Of a DNA stretch of 64,000 nucleotides, positions 13,708-27,047 are shown piece after piece. This DNA is from Atractiella rhizophila (taxonomy: Eukaryota): NCBI GenBank assembly GCA_021432655.1, contig MU271433.1, forward strand, positions 1-64,000. The letters are read 5' to 3'. The stretch's first letter is position 1. The number at the start of each line of letters is the position of its first letter. Below the pieces are notes generated by a model, which had not been told where the DNA came from, made no database searches, and was given only the letters and a program-made list of their open reading frames with translations. Both the position numbers and the translations under genes were made by a program.

Positions 13708-14186
13708 TGAGGGTTGGGCTGGGGCTTGACAAACATGGGATATCAGTGGTGTGTGTTCTGCTTTCAACTTCTCGCTGTGTTTCCTTCTTGGCACCTGTTA
13801 TTCAGTTTGGTGCTTCGTCTTCGTCTCCTTCCGATTCCGTCTTATCTGCCTTCATCACCCGCGCTACGATCTCATGGGACATTAAACCTGTCACATTGGG
13901 GAGGAGTAATGAGCCCGATGAGCTTTTCATTCCCTCACTACCTATTTGAGGTGGAGCGAATCAGATTGGGAGAGAGCAGACAAAACAAGAATTCGAGAAT
14001 CAGACGCAATCAGAAACCGTTTTCAAAGCAATGAGAAAGCAGATGAGAAACAAGAGTGTCACATCAGAGCTTAAATGTCAGAAACAAGCAACAATAAAAA
14101 TACAACAGGTTGGCCTAAAAGCCCAATCCATTCGTCGCCGTTTTTGAGTTTTCGTTGTGTGTTGGAGGAAGTGAGAGAGCTTTCGC

Positions 14187-16311
14187 TTATACCTTCTCTT
14201 CCTCTTTCCACGAGACCTTGCCAGCCGGACGGGTGGAATCGGGGATGGTCGATTTCTTCTTCCAGAAACGCAGATATCCCCATTTCCATGCTTTGTTGAC
14301 TGGGGACTCGTCCCCGGTGTAGATGAGGAGGTCGTAGGCGAGTGCCCCGACGTTTGCTCCCACAAGTGGGCCGAGCACTGGGGTCCACAGCCAGTACCAA
14401 TCTCGGAACGTCCATACACCACCTACGATTTGTGTTCACACTTGTCCTTTCAAACAAGGGAATGACTTACGGCCATAGCCAACAAACCAAGTAACGAAAC
14501 GCGGTCCCAGATCACGTGCGGGATTGATACCGTATGCAGTTTGAAGCTTCACCACAATGTTTCGTCAGCCTTGTCGATATTAAAACTGAGGGTAGGCATA
14601 CCCCGAAACAAGCTCCAATGCCCACCACAAGCCACATGAGGATCACAGGATTCATTCCGTCCTAAATAATCGCATGTGAGCTATGGGCTTAATGCAAGAA
14701 AGTAGAGCTTACAGGAGGCGGGCTATTATTTCTGTCCGAAATAGCGAACACGACCTAGATAGTCATAAGAGTCCAGGTCTGTCTTTGAAAATCGCTACTT
14801 ACGATGAGCAAAATGGCGGTTCCAAGAACTTCATCAAAGAATGCGGAAATTCTAAAGTGCACGCGTTAACATATACCGAAGCACAATAGAAGTTGGAAGT
14901 ACCCAGGGATCCATGCTGCTGGATAGGTTGACAGGTACTTCGCTGTGGCATTTTCACCTAGGAACGTTCGCACGTTGGGTCCACCTAAAAAATGTTAGAT
15001 GGGTAAAGGGACAGAAAACCACTTGCCTTCATAGATGTTGATTGCATTCTTGTAGTAGCAGGTTGTGAGATTCAAGAGTTAGTGAATGTAGTCGAGACGT
15101 ACGACGTAGTTTAGACTATAAAATATGTCAGCAGTATTCGAGGTGTATGACAATGACTACTCACTAAACAAGAGCACTACCAGTCATTGCGCCTAAAATT
15201 TGGCTGAGCCAATATACGGGGACCTGTCTTGTATGAGAATCCCTATTACTTAGCCAATCAAAACACACCTTCTTCCATGGAAAACCTCTGTGCGTGGGAG
15301 TTAGTTTGATTTATGCCATTAGCGGCGCAACATACCTCCATATGGCTAAAGCAAACGTCACTGCTGGATTTATGTGTCCTCCAGAGATACCACCAGACAC
15401 GTAGACACCAGTAAGCACACCGATGCCCCTGCGGCCTTTTTTAGCTAGCTTAAAGGCTTAAAAGACAATGTGCTCTACCAGCCAAAGTTTACGGAAAGGT
15501 ATGAGCCAGCCTGGGAACCGGCCACTCCAGCGTTTGTTGAAAGAAAAACCTGCATGTTCACACCGTTGCCGAAGAGGAGAAGCATGCACGTTCCGAGATA
15601 TTCTGATGTGGAAGGAATTAGCAAAAGAACATCTAACCCGGTCAAGGCCAGGGAACTAGATAGATAGGGGAGAATCGCACCAGCAAAAGCTTCCCTCATT
15701 GTGTGCCTCCATGAACCCCACCTAAGGTGAAGTCGATGAGCGTTTTTCCATTTGCAGGAAATAAAACGCACCTGTTTTCAAACTCCAGCGCCGCTTCCGC
15801 CTCATCCTCTTCGCTAGAAGTGGTGTCCGGCCTGGAGAGCTTGTTCTTGAGGATGGGAGGATGGGTCAAAGTGCCATCATGCAACGGAGGCTTTGCCGAT
15901 TCAACATGTTCTGTTTCCTTGAGGCCGCTGGTCTTCACGTCGGCTTCGTCCTGCGCCGACAACTTGATTGGAGGCACGGCGGAAGAAGCAGTTTGATTCA
16001 CGATCTCCCTGAGCATCTCCGGGGTGACGAGAACATAGCGAACATTCTCTTCTTTGCCATATGGCTGTGAAACATGAGCCGGCTCATCCCTGCTGTGCTT
16101 ATGATGGTGATGGTGATGAGGAATGTCTTGATGAGAACGGTTCCGGCTGTCAACAAGGGCTGGCAGCAAAGGATGAGACCTAAAGTCGCCAATTTCACGT
16201 CAGTGTTGCTCCTGTCGCTGCTTCCGTGTTGGGGTCCACGCACCTGTATTCTGGATCTACCGCTCCTAAATCAGGCGTCCGTGGCCTTGAACCAGGCTGA
16301 CTCCTTGACAT
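14187..16311 (-). CDS. Aquaglyceroporin (MIP family, GlpF/Fps1-like), multi-exon
   Basis: GISGGHINPAVT (~15360-15390), GINPARDLGPR (~14500-14530), EYLGTCMLLLFGNGV, GPLVGANVGALAYDLLIYTGDESPVN. ATG 16311 (MSRSQPGSRPRTP) splices to SRNRSHQDIPHHHHHH. Confidence 0.92.
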
Positions 16312-17672
16312 GGTGGTGTTCGCTGTTGCATTCGGAATTGGAAGTCAGTGCGGGAAGCGTGAGAGAAGGGCAAGGCTTACCACTCGTGACGTCAAAAAGG
16401 GATCGTCGAGGGAGGTCTTCTTTCGTTCACCAGCGTCGATGCTTGAAATAATCAAGCCAAGCAGAGGAAGTGGTGCAAAGTGGTGATCCGCTGAAGAAAG
16501 AGGGACCTTTTATACAAATCCGTCAAAATGTATAGGGCATGCTCGGCCCCCGATCCAAAGACCTGGTCCAGGCGGGGAAGTTCGCGTCAAAAAGTTTCTC
16601 ACAGCGTAGATCTCATTTTCATCTGGTCACACCACTATCGAAGCTCTTAGGAGCGAACGTCAAGACTTCCGAAGGTTCTGCCACCTCAAGCTTTCAGGAT
16701 CGGCCTATGATCGGCACGAGGGAGCACAGCAAACCCCCGCTCAGAGCTTGCAGTAACACTTGGGACTTGCATCATCTGTTGCGCTCACGCCAGTCGGAGG
16801 TCGCATGCACAAATTGGCAGTAGAGCCAGGTGGGCGAGTGCTCATGTTGCAACATAGGCACCACTCCCGATCAACGGGAACCTCTGGATATTTCCTTTAG
16901 ACCGGTGGGGTTATTCTAGTATATTTGACGGAATTGTCTGTTCAGTCATCTTGTTAAATCTGGTTGTGGATATCCTGCTCATCGTTACTCCTTCTGAACC
17001 TGTGATTGCAGGACAAGGAGGAGGGGACAAATAGAAATTCTTTCCTGCTTCTCTTACGGTCTACGGCTTTTGTAACCGGTTTCCGGTAGGACGAGCGAAT
17101 GCAAGAAAAGAAGGTCAACCTTTATGTGCTCGTGAACAAGAAGCTATCTCGAAACATTTGTGGGCGGAGGGGTCAACATGAATGGACCATAATGTCGTAC
17201 AAAATGAGCAACGCGAGTAAAGAGCACTATCTTGAGCTTCTTTGGAGCTCATGAAACCTGCGTGAAAGCAGAGCAACTGCTCAACTTTTACACCGGTGTT
17301 CACTGTCCACATGAGGTCATCCATATTTCTGGAGCCTCGCTTCATCCCGATGCAGGTGTCTGAAGGCAGAAGATGGAAGCGTATGTTTGAAAACGCAGCT
17401 CAACCGAAGGAGATTGCCTGAGAATGAGGCGACAGGTGACTTGCCCATCAGATCTCGGGGAAGAATCGGTGCGCAACTGGGATGGAGGGGTCACAAGTCT
17501 CCCGTCGATACTGAGGCGAATGGATGAGGAGAAGGGACGTGCAACAGCGTGACTTCTGAATTGAAGGACCAAGAAGAATGCTAACAAAGTCAAGGATCTG
17601 CACCAACCTAGTTAACATGGTTCATGGACACGGGGGAGGAGATCGTACAGAAATAGTCAGTGGAGAAGACGC

Positions 17673-19383
17673 CTAAAATTCCATCCTGCTCTCGCTCTTG
17701 GCTGTAATTCGGGATTGGAGATCAGTCGGCCGTCTAAATCAGGCACAAGAAGAAGAAATGGAAGAACGGACCCTTTTTCTCCAATCGATACTCCCTGGTG
17801 ATCTTCGCGATATGCCTTTCGAACATCTCGATGTACGGTTTCAGAGCCGTATGCTCCCAACCATTCGATTTCGCAGCCATCGAAGCAGACGTTTCTACAT
17901 CCTCCGCCTCGCCTTTCACCTTCTTCTGAGCGGCTTCGAATTCATATAACAGCCTTGAAACGGTGGGAACAGCATCTGGGTCGAAATCGTCGATCTTGTC
18001 AATGTCGACAGGGATGCAGACACGCCCTGTACCAGGATGGACACAGAAAGGACTCTTGAGCAAGTGATTTTGATGTTTCGAGACCTCAGCGTCGATGCGA
18101 GGATAGGTAAATTGAAAGATTATGTCGTCGATGGCGGCTGTAACAGTGTCATTATCTTTCTGTGAACTGTGTTATATTTTTAATGGGAATCGAAATGGCC
18201 TCCCTACCTTTGCGATATGTGCTCTTTCCTTTTGAAGCACCCCCCAACGTTCGACAGAGTTGAGGTTTTTGTATTTGCCCCATTCCTTCCGGACTGACTC
18301 CGTCAATTCTGTAAGAACGGGTAAGTAAGAGCAAGTGATGAGAGGAGAGTGAGCTGACTGCTGTTGGGAATTAGACGTAGTAGAAGTTCTGCTTTGGCAG
18401 GGTTAGAAAATGTGTCCTGATCAGTCAGGATGATAGAAGTGAAGCTGCTCTTGAGACTGTCGAATGAGGCTCTGATTCAACGCATCAGGAAATCTTGCCC
18501 GAAAATGCAGCGGCGGAGAACACACTGAAGTGAAGGGTGGAGAGGTCGCGACAGGTTAACTTTTTTATCTTGATGCTGTCCTCCCTTGATGATATCGATG
18601 TAGTTCACCAATGCCCGCCGTGCATCATCCGAAAGAGCCATCGCTTCTGCATCCGACACCCAGAGATGGATTCCACGCCGTCCGGAGTACACATAAAGCA
18701 AATGTTGAAATCCAAAGTCCTCTATAGGTATATCAGCAAAGGTCCATGAACTTCGGGAGTCGTACCTCGTAAGATCCTATCGATGACTTTTACTCCGCAC
18801 GCAATAAATTTCCAGCATCTCCTGCAGATCCTTTTATCGCTACAACATGTTCGGATGTCATCATAATCGGTCATATCGATATCAAAAACAAGCTCTCGAA
18901 GCTGAGGTTTAAACATAGCTGCGCTGAGTGACTTCTTATCTCTTGGACGGTGAGAGTAAACGGCTCCAATTTCGAAGCGAGAAGGATTGAGGCGAAAGAT
19001 CTCATTTTGAAGGTCTTGCCAGACGTTGAAGGAGTTGAAACGTATATACGCGTCACTTGGAAGTGTGAATGCAAACTCTCGATGTGTCCAGAGTCGTGAG
19101 GGTGCTGTGGACGCGCCGTTAGTGAAGTTATGGAATATGGAGGAACACGAACTGTGGTCTGAGCCATTGGAAAAGTTGTTTAAACGGAAACAAATGCTTG
19201 TAAAAAGCTCGCATGACTTGAGGAGAGTTATGATCATCTAGTCCTTCGAGGACTGCAGGCTTTGAGCTGTTAATGTGGATTAGTTTGAAGTGCGATGCAG
19301 ATGGCTACTCACAAAGCATCCATGAGCTCTTCATCCGCAAACAATTCCTCGAGGGAGGGTCCTTCAGTAGGAGCGCTAACCAT
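17673..19383 (-). CDS. PRI1: DNA primase small (catalytic) subunit; apparent frameshift near 19160
   Basis: HREFAFTL, RELVFDIDMTDYDDIRTCC, YSGRRGIHLWVSD, YPRIDAEVSK, HLLKSPFCVHPGTGRVCIP. Confidence 0.95.
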
Positions 19384-19390
19384 GATTTTG

Positions 19391-19441
19391 ACGCGTGTTC
19401 TGAGCAAGAAATAATCGCAAATCGGTCGTTATTGAACGCGT
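19391..19441. promoter_or_regulatory. Two MCB-like (ACGCGT) elements in the PRI1/KGD2 bidirectional promoter
   Basis: ACGCGT at 19391-19396 and 19436-19441 in a 138-bp divergent gap. Replication genes are classic MBF/MCB targets in yeasts. Confidence 0.55.
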
Positions 19442-19521
19442 CCAATGGCAATATTGCCAAATTGAGCCTTCGCGGACAACAAACTTCCAGGACAGGCAAT
19501 TCCCTAACTACCACAGTCACT

Positions 19522-21489
19522 ATGCGTCGCACTTCCCTTTACCGTTCCACGCTCTCTTCCCTCCGTCCAGCGTCAAAAGTATCCCCAACAGCACCCCGGG
19601 CGCTTTCTGTCGTCAGGAATCCATCTCCAAGCAAGTTTGGAGGAGCCGCCGTTCCTAATTTATGGTCCAGAGAGTCGGGTGCGGGAATATGGTACGCTGC
19701 TCACGCTTCTAGGGACTGAGAGTGTAGTTGAGGATTGGGTATGGGTTATAGTGCTGCGAGATGCTTTCATGCCTCTGCTTTACGACTTGGTCATTTTTTT
19801 CATCGCATCCTTTTACCGAAGCCCTCTAAACTTGTGAACAGAGGTCGTGAAGGTCCCACAGATGGCAGAGTCCATCTCTGAAGGCACCCTCAAACAATGG
19901 CTGAAGAAGGAGGGAGATTATGTGGAGCAGGACGAAGAAGTCGCTACCATTGAGACTGACAAGGTAGGCTTGTTTCGGCTCGGGATCCCATCCGGCAGCT
20001 TCTTGACACTCTACTTCTCTCCTTGCATTCACGCAGATTGACGTCTCCGTCAACGCTCCTTCGGCCGGCACCATAACGGAACTGCTTGCGAAGGAGGAGG
20101 ACACGGTCAGTGTGGGGCAAGATTTGTTCAAGCTTGAAGCTGGAGGCAGTCCATCTCCAAGTGTGTTGTTTCTACTTCACAATCCCTTGACTGAGGAGAG
20201 ACGCAGAAGGAGCCGACAAGAAGGGTGAGGCGAAATCCCCAACGCCTTCTCAGGAGGAGAAGCCTGAGCCCACTCCGAAGAAGCAAGCGAAGGAGTCCAC
20301 CAAAGACACCCGTCCTTCGCGGCAGCAGCAGTCGAAACTCGACACCCCTGAAGAAGAGCCTTCCCGACCGAAACCTCAGCCTTCAGAGCCTAAACAGCCG
20401 GAAGCGAGCCAGAAAGCCATTGACAGAGAGAAGGAGAAGCGGATGGAGGAGGGCACTGGAGTCCAGAAAGCACCAGAGGACTTGGCACCTAAGGCTGGAG
20501 GTCTGAGAACGGAGAGGAGGGTGCGTTCCTGCTTTCTCTCGGTCTCAGTGAAACAGGAGGTTGAGAGAATGTTGGTTGGAAGGTGAAAATGAATCGGATG
20601 CGAATCAGAATTGCTGAGCGTCTCAAGCAATCCCAAAACGCTGCCGCCTCTCTTACCACCTTCAACGAGATCGACATGTCCGCGATTATTGCTCTCCGGA
20701 ATCGATACAAGGATCGTGTGTTGAAAGAACACAACGTCAAGCTCGGTTTCATGTCGGCTTTCGCCAAAGCGTCTTGCCTTGCTTTGAAGGAGATTCCTGC
20801 CGCCAATGCTTCCATTGAAGGACCCGGAGCAGGAGAGCAGATTGTGTACAGAGACTACGTCGACCTAAGCGTCGCCGTCGCCACACCAAAAGGTCTTGTT
20901 ACTCCTGTGATCAGGAACGCGGAGCAGATGAACTTTGTTGAAATCGAGCAGGCTATAGCTGAGGCTGGAAAGAAGGTTCGTTGTTTCGGCATGCTTCTGG
21001 CAAATGATACTCAAAAGTGCGTATGACAGGCTCGGGATGGCAAGCTTAGCTTGGAGGATATGGCTGGTGGAACATTCACCATCTCGAATGGTGGAGTGTT
21101 TGGCAGTTTATATGGAACTCCCATAATCAACCTGCCACAATCTGCCGTTTTGGGTTCGTCTATCTTTTCCATCGCCTGTGTTTGCCTTAACAGGAGTGGG
21201 ATAGGCATGCACACTATCAAGGATCGACCTGTTGTCGTAGATGGACAAATTGTCATTCGACCCATCATGATTGTTGCTCTCACGTACGGCCCATTCTAAC
21301 AACCTTCCCAAAGCCTAATAAGGAGCCGTAGGTACGATCACCGTCTCCTCGATGGCAGGGAAGCCACAACCTTCTTGGTGAAGGTCAAGGACTACCTGGA
21401 GAACCCGGCATCCATGCTGTGCGTATTTCCTCGTCTTCTTTGCTCTGCTGATGCTTGAACTAGATTGACGCTGTAGAGCATACCTATAA
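19522..21489 (+). CDS. KGD2: Dihydrolipoyllysine-residue succinyltransferase (E2 of 2-oxoglutarate dehydrogenase), mitochondrial
   Basis: Arg/Ser-rich presequence, lipoyl domain [13 protein letters not shown]...[55 protein letters not shown]. Confidence 0.96.
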
Positions 21490-21901
21490 AACAAATAGTG
21501 TTTGTTTATTGCCATCCCAATGGAATTCTAACCGCCCCATTACCTCTAACAACCTAGTTTGAAGCAAGAAGTTATTGAAAGCTCTCTCCCCTGTGCCATT
21601 CACCAGGCCATTCAGCCGTGTGACCTAAGCCAACCCTGACCCTAAATTGGTTCCCTTGCCTTCAAGCTTTCCAGAGCTTCAAGAACAACCGTTGCTTTCA
21701 CCCAAAGCTTCTCTTGCAAACGCTCCAGCCCTCAGATTCACATAGATTCGAGTTTCCCTCCTGATCCGTAAGCTTTTTCCTGCGATCGAACATTCTCGAA
21801 CCAGTGACTGATGATGATGACTTTGCATAAATTACCTTGTCGCCTTCGCCACTTTCATTCAACAACCAACACTTGAACATCCGCAGAGTCCTATCTCAGC
21901 T

Positions 21902-22699
<798 letters not shown>

Positions 22700-22953
22700 A
22701 GAATGTGTCAAAGCTGCCGTATTTGATCATTTGGTTCTGACATAACGTTCTCTGTATACCGTCTCTGACCCCTTTGCAATCATCCAGTCTGTTACAGTTT
22801 GTTTTGCCTACCATTACCCTTGTTTGTTATCCCCTCAATCTACCACTGAGAAGGATCCCTAAAGATTCAATTGTGGTGGAATATTCAAGCACTGAGAAAT
22901 CCGAATACGAAACAAACTTTTCCACACGAAGAACGTCACAGCAGCGATGATCC

Positions 22954-25900
22954 TTACACCTCTTGAGTGATCTTCTTCAGCAGGTCGAGGTTTTCGCTCC
23001 CCAACTTGTTCAGCAGTCGACTTTTATCTGTCACGGAAATGAATGATATGGGTCAGTATTACAGGGGCGTGAAATTGGCGCACTGAATATGCCAAGAACT
23101 TCTTTCAGGAGGTCCCTCTTGTTGAAGTCAAGGATTGTCGCGGTCCAATTCTGTTCCCTTGAAGGTTTACTAGAAAAAGAGTGTCAACGACTTACGACTG
23201 TCGAAGGATGACAACTCACAAGAATACTGGTCCCATCAGTTCCTTGATGAGCTCATCAGCCTTGTTCCTAAATCCCTCCTCCCCAATCCGCTTCGCATAC
23301 GCTAGCAACGCAACCTTGAACTCCTGCGGACTGTCCAACATGACAGCGGCTGACATCCTGCTTTCCAGATGTCCCAACGAAAGAGCATTCCTAAAATCGT
23401 CTCGGCTCCCAGCCGTGCCAACGACTTCTCCTTCCGGTTGAGGAGGTGGCGTGAACTCCTCACCAACCCTGGGTCCACGAAGCGCAGTTCCAGCCTCAGA
23501 ATCGATGAGTATTTCATTCACCTCTTGTTCCAGGGACTTGAGCACTCCAGTCTTCGACGTTAAAACTGAATTAGCTTTTGCACCTCGACTCCGCCCCTCC
23601 CAGAATTCACTGCCTCGGGACCACCAGAGCCCAGTAAGGGTTACCCAGCTTTGGAGTGAAGCGTCAAAAGTGTAGACCATACCGGAGGAGAGGATGAGGA
23701 TAGGATAACCATTGCGGCGGATTTTAGCGGTGAGGATCGTGGGATTGGGGCAGTTGGGAGTACGAGAAGAGAGGAGGAGCGGTCGGATAGAGATGGGTGG
23801 GTGGATGGCTTTGGAATTCCGAACATCCCTGAAAAAATAGTAATGTTAGAAATTAAGGAGACAATCACGAGAATAATGATGCACCAGGAATGTGCATTTC
23901 CACGAGCAGTGAGAACCATCAAGTTGTACGAGGAGCAATCCATAAAAGCTGCAGGAGAGTCGAGAACTAAACTTGGTACTAGCCTGCTTTGCACTTAGTC
24001 TTGACCCATCCATGTATCCGTAGAGAACTTACCGACGTCCCGCTGGCGAATAAACATGAATGGTCGAATCCTCGCATGATACAGCTGAAAAGACTGGGTT
24101 GGAAGTCGAGCAGACGACATAACTTGGCAAATAGTCTATGAAATAGAGCCTGCCAGCAGAATTGACGAGAGACACCTCCGAACGTTCTTCAAACATTAGA
24201 ATCCGTCAACAAGCTCTTCATGGAAGAAACAAGCGCGACATACTTTCATCCGAAAAGTTTCTCACATCAAAAACATCGCTCTCCCCCGAAGCTGCATCGT
24301 GCTTTATCGCCGAATGAGTCTTGATGGCCGGTACCGCGAGTGCCTCCCTTCCCCCTCGTCGACTTACACCAGCACCATCATGGAGGTGTGCAAACGCTTC
24401 ATCCTCCGTGACCGGAAGGTAAGCAGGTTTCAGCTCACCCTTCGGAGGTGGTGGTTCCCGCTGTTTATCTCCTCCTAACAAACGCCCCCTTCCCCTCTCT
24501 GAAGAAGGAGGGATGTGTCGACTCATGTCTGGATCATCGTACAATCCATCCCTCTCTCTCCTCCCACCTCTGCTGTTTTTACCATAACTGCCACCATCCA
24601 TCGGATCATCCTCTTCCATCAGCTCTGCAGGGCGCTTCCCATTCCTCAAACCACCTCCATTTGCTCCCTCTTGGATTTTCGGCGTAGGACTTAAGGGAGT
24701 TGGTTGAGCAAAAGAATATCCTGGGACGGCATTAGGGACGTATTGATGCTGCTGAATTTGAGGCGGGGGGATGAAGGGGAGCGGCGCCATGTTGCCGTTA
24801 CCATTAACACTGAAGGGGAAAGACAGTGAATTGTTCGATTTCGAAGCAATTGTTGATTGCGCCAGCCCGCTCATCCCGTCATCACCGGCGCTCAAATTCG
24901 TAGTGACCTCCTTCGCCGCATTCGGGCCTGTCCCATTCGCTTGAGGCAGAGCCGGATTAGACAACTGCACCCTCCTCTTTGCCGGTTTCGCTTCAATTGT
25001 AGCCGTAGAAACAGGTTTCGAGAAAGGCAACGGGTCAATGTTCGTCTGCATCAACGTTCCGTTTCTTGTCGAGGGATCGAAACCGTATTCACTCAGATAT
25101 TGCTCTTTTGTACCTGTTGGAGCCGCTGGAGGCAACTCATCCCGCTCAAAGTGGAAGATGGCGATCCAGCCGTCGGATGAGGTAGCCAGGAGAGTGTAGC
25201 CGTCCGGGGACCTATTGCACGGATGAAAAGTAATGAAGGGCTACAAGAAGACTATAACAAACCAGGCAAGATCCAACACCTCCCCATCAAATACATCCCT
25301 GAAGATTCCAACACCATGGATATTCTTCGTGATCCACAAGGAAACTTCCGTAGCACTCCCCAAGGCAAGAACGCTAGTGAAATTCTGTCCCTCCATCGTA
25401 GGTCCTTTCGGGTCTTTGAGGAAAATGAGGGGGTTGAAGAGCTATCACTTCGAGTCAGCTCCTTCTTTGCAATATGGTGAAATTTCTTTTAGTATAAACT
25501 TACTGCGACATCCACAATATCCTCGTGTCCAACAAGTGATATACTAGCATCCCATTCCTCTCCACTCTTCCCACGCGTGATGACCGAAGAGACGAAGACG
25601 CCGTTGTTTGTTGCATTCGGTGCAACAATGTACGTTCCACAGGGAGACCAGCTCCACAATCCATTAGCAAGGCAAGGAAAAGTATGAGGGAAGAAGAAGG
25701 AAGATTCCTCACCTGAGACGGGTGAAGAAGTTGGCGTATGGCGCATCGACGAAGGGTGAAGTAATTGAGGTCGCTTCAGACCAGTCTGAGGTGTTCCAGA
25801 TCTTGATCGAGCGATCCGAAGACTGTGTACCATCAACAACACGTCAGTGCCCTCAGAATGAAGAGGTGAAACAAACGAACCTGAGTGGCCAAAAACTCGC

Positions 25901-26869
25901 CGACTGGGTCCCAGCAGAGCCCTTTCACCATGGAAGAATGACCATTGAGAAGCGCAATCGTTTCTGCACCAGCCAGTAAGCGAAGGAAATGTACATATCG
26001 CTTCCATAAACACACGAGAGGGGGAGGAAAGGAGAATGAAACGAACCGAAGCTGTCTCCATGATAAACAAAAACCTGTCCATCAATTCCACAACTAGCAA
26101 GTAAGCCACCGTCCTCGCTCCACGCTACTCCCGTCACGTCGCGCACATGCCCACCCAGTGTCTTGAGCGCCACCCAGGTCTCGCTGAGCGGGTCGTTAGG
26201 GTTGCTCCTGCGCCGTCGGGAGGGAAGATTCAGGATTGGAGTGAAGCAGAGGGATAGGAGGGGATAATAAGTAGGCATTGAAAAAGGAGAACAAACTTGG
26301 TGCGTTGTTCCCAAACAATTACTGCACTGTCATCGCTTCCACTCGCCAATCTGCCCCTGCTGTCGAAGCGGACGCACATCACCGGTCCTAAGTTCGAAAG
26401 TACCAGATCACACAGGGAAAATTAAGACGTGTGTCTCAATTTCTATGTAGAGTTGGGAGACGAACCAGCGTGAGCTGCCAATGTCGCCAGGGGTTGAATG
26501 CCCTTCCCCTTCTGCACAGGAGGAGGTTGATAGATAGAACTCGTGTCCCAGACCTTGATCGTTCTATCTATTGCCCAGGATTGAGTCAACCAAAGATAAA
26601 TGAAAGCGACAGTGCAGACATACCTATGGAGCCCGTTGCGAGTTTAGACCCATGCGGATGAACGGAGATGGAGTATATGGTTTTTCGTTGGTGCGTTTGG
26701 TCATCTGTTCCCACAAATTCAATGTGAATTTTTGCGTCATTTTACTTTCCAAATATATTATTGTGAGGCATTCACTCTCGGATTGCGCCTGAATCTATGT
26801 ATTTTCAGAGTTATGCTTTGTGTAGAACTCACCTGCATGATGAATCCAAGGGGGCTTCAGAATGTGCAT
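22954..26869 (-). CDS. HIR1: Histone chaperone HIRA/Hir1 (WD40 plus Hira C-terminal domain)
   Basis: MHILKPPWIHH, IYSISVHPHGSKLATG, GHVRDVTGVAWS, GHSSMVKGLCWDPVGEFLATQ, FFTRLSWSP, KRRVQLS B-like motif, SLGHLESRM, ELIKELMGP. Confidence 0.92.
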
Positions 26870-27047
26870 CGTTAATAGCTGCCAGCTAGTCTAAACAGTC
26901 AAACGTGCAGAGGAGCAATGTACTAATTTCAAATTACCTCGTTAACTGTCCTTAATATCCTTGTTTAATTTCAAATTCGCTCTTCTATTTTCAAATCCAG
27001 GAACCAATCGCGAGCATTAATATTTCCCAAGAAAAGTGGACCTTAAC

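Noticed and set aside
16450..17650. Short ORFs between the aquaporin and PRI1
   Set aside because: No coherent gene model; probably promoter and 3' UTR sequence.
21625..21650. Telomere-like AACCCTGACCCTAA upstream of UBC4 (also AACCCTAA at 49203)
   Set aside because: Only one or two units. At most a Tbf1/telobox-type site; not an interstitial telomere and not distinguishable from chance.
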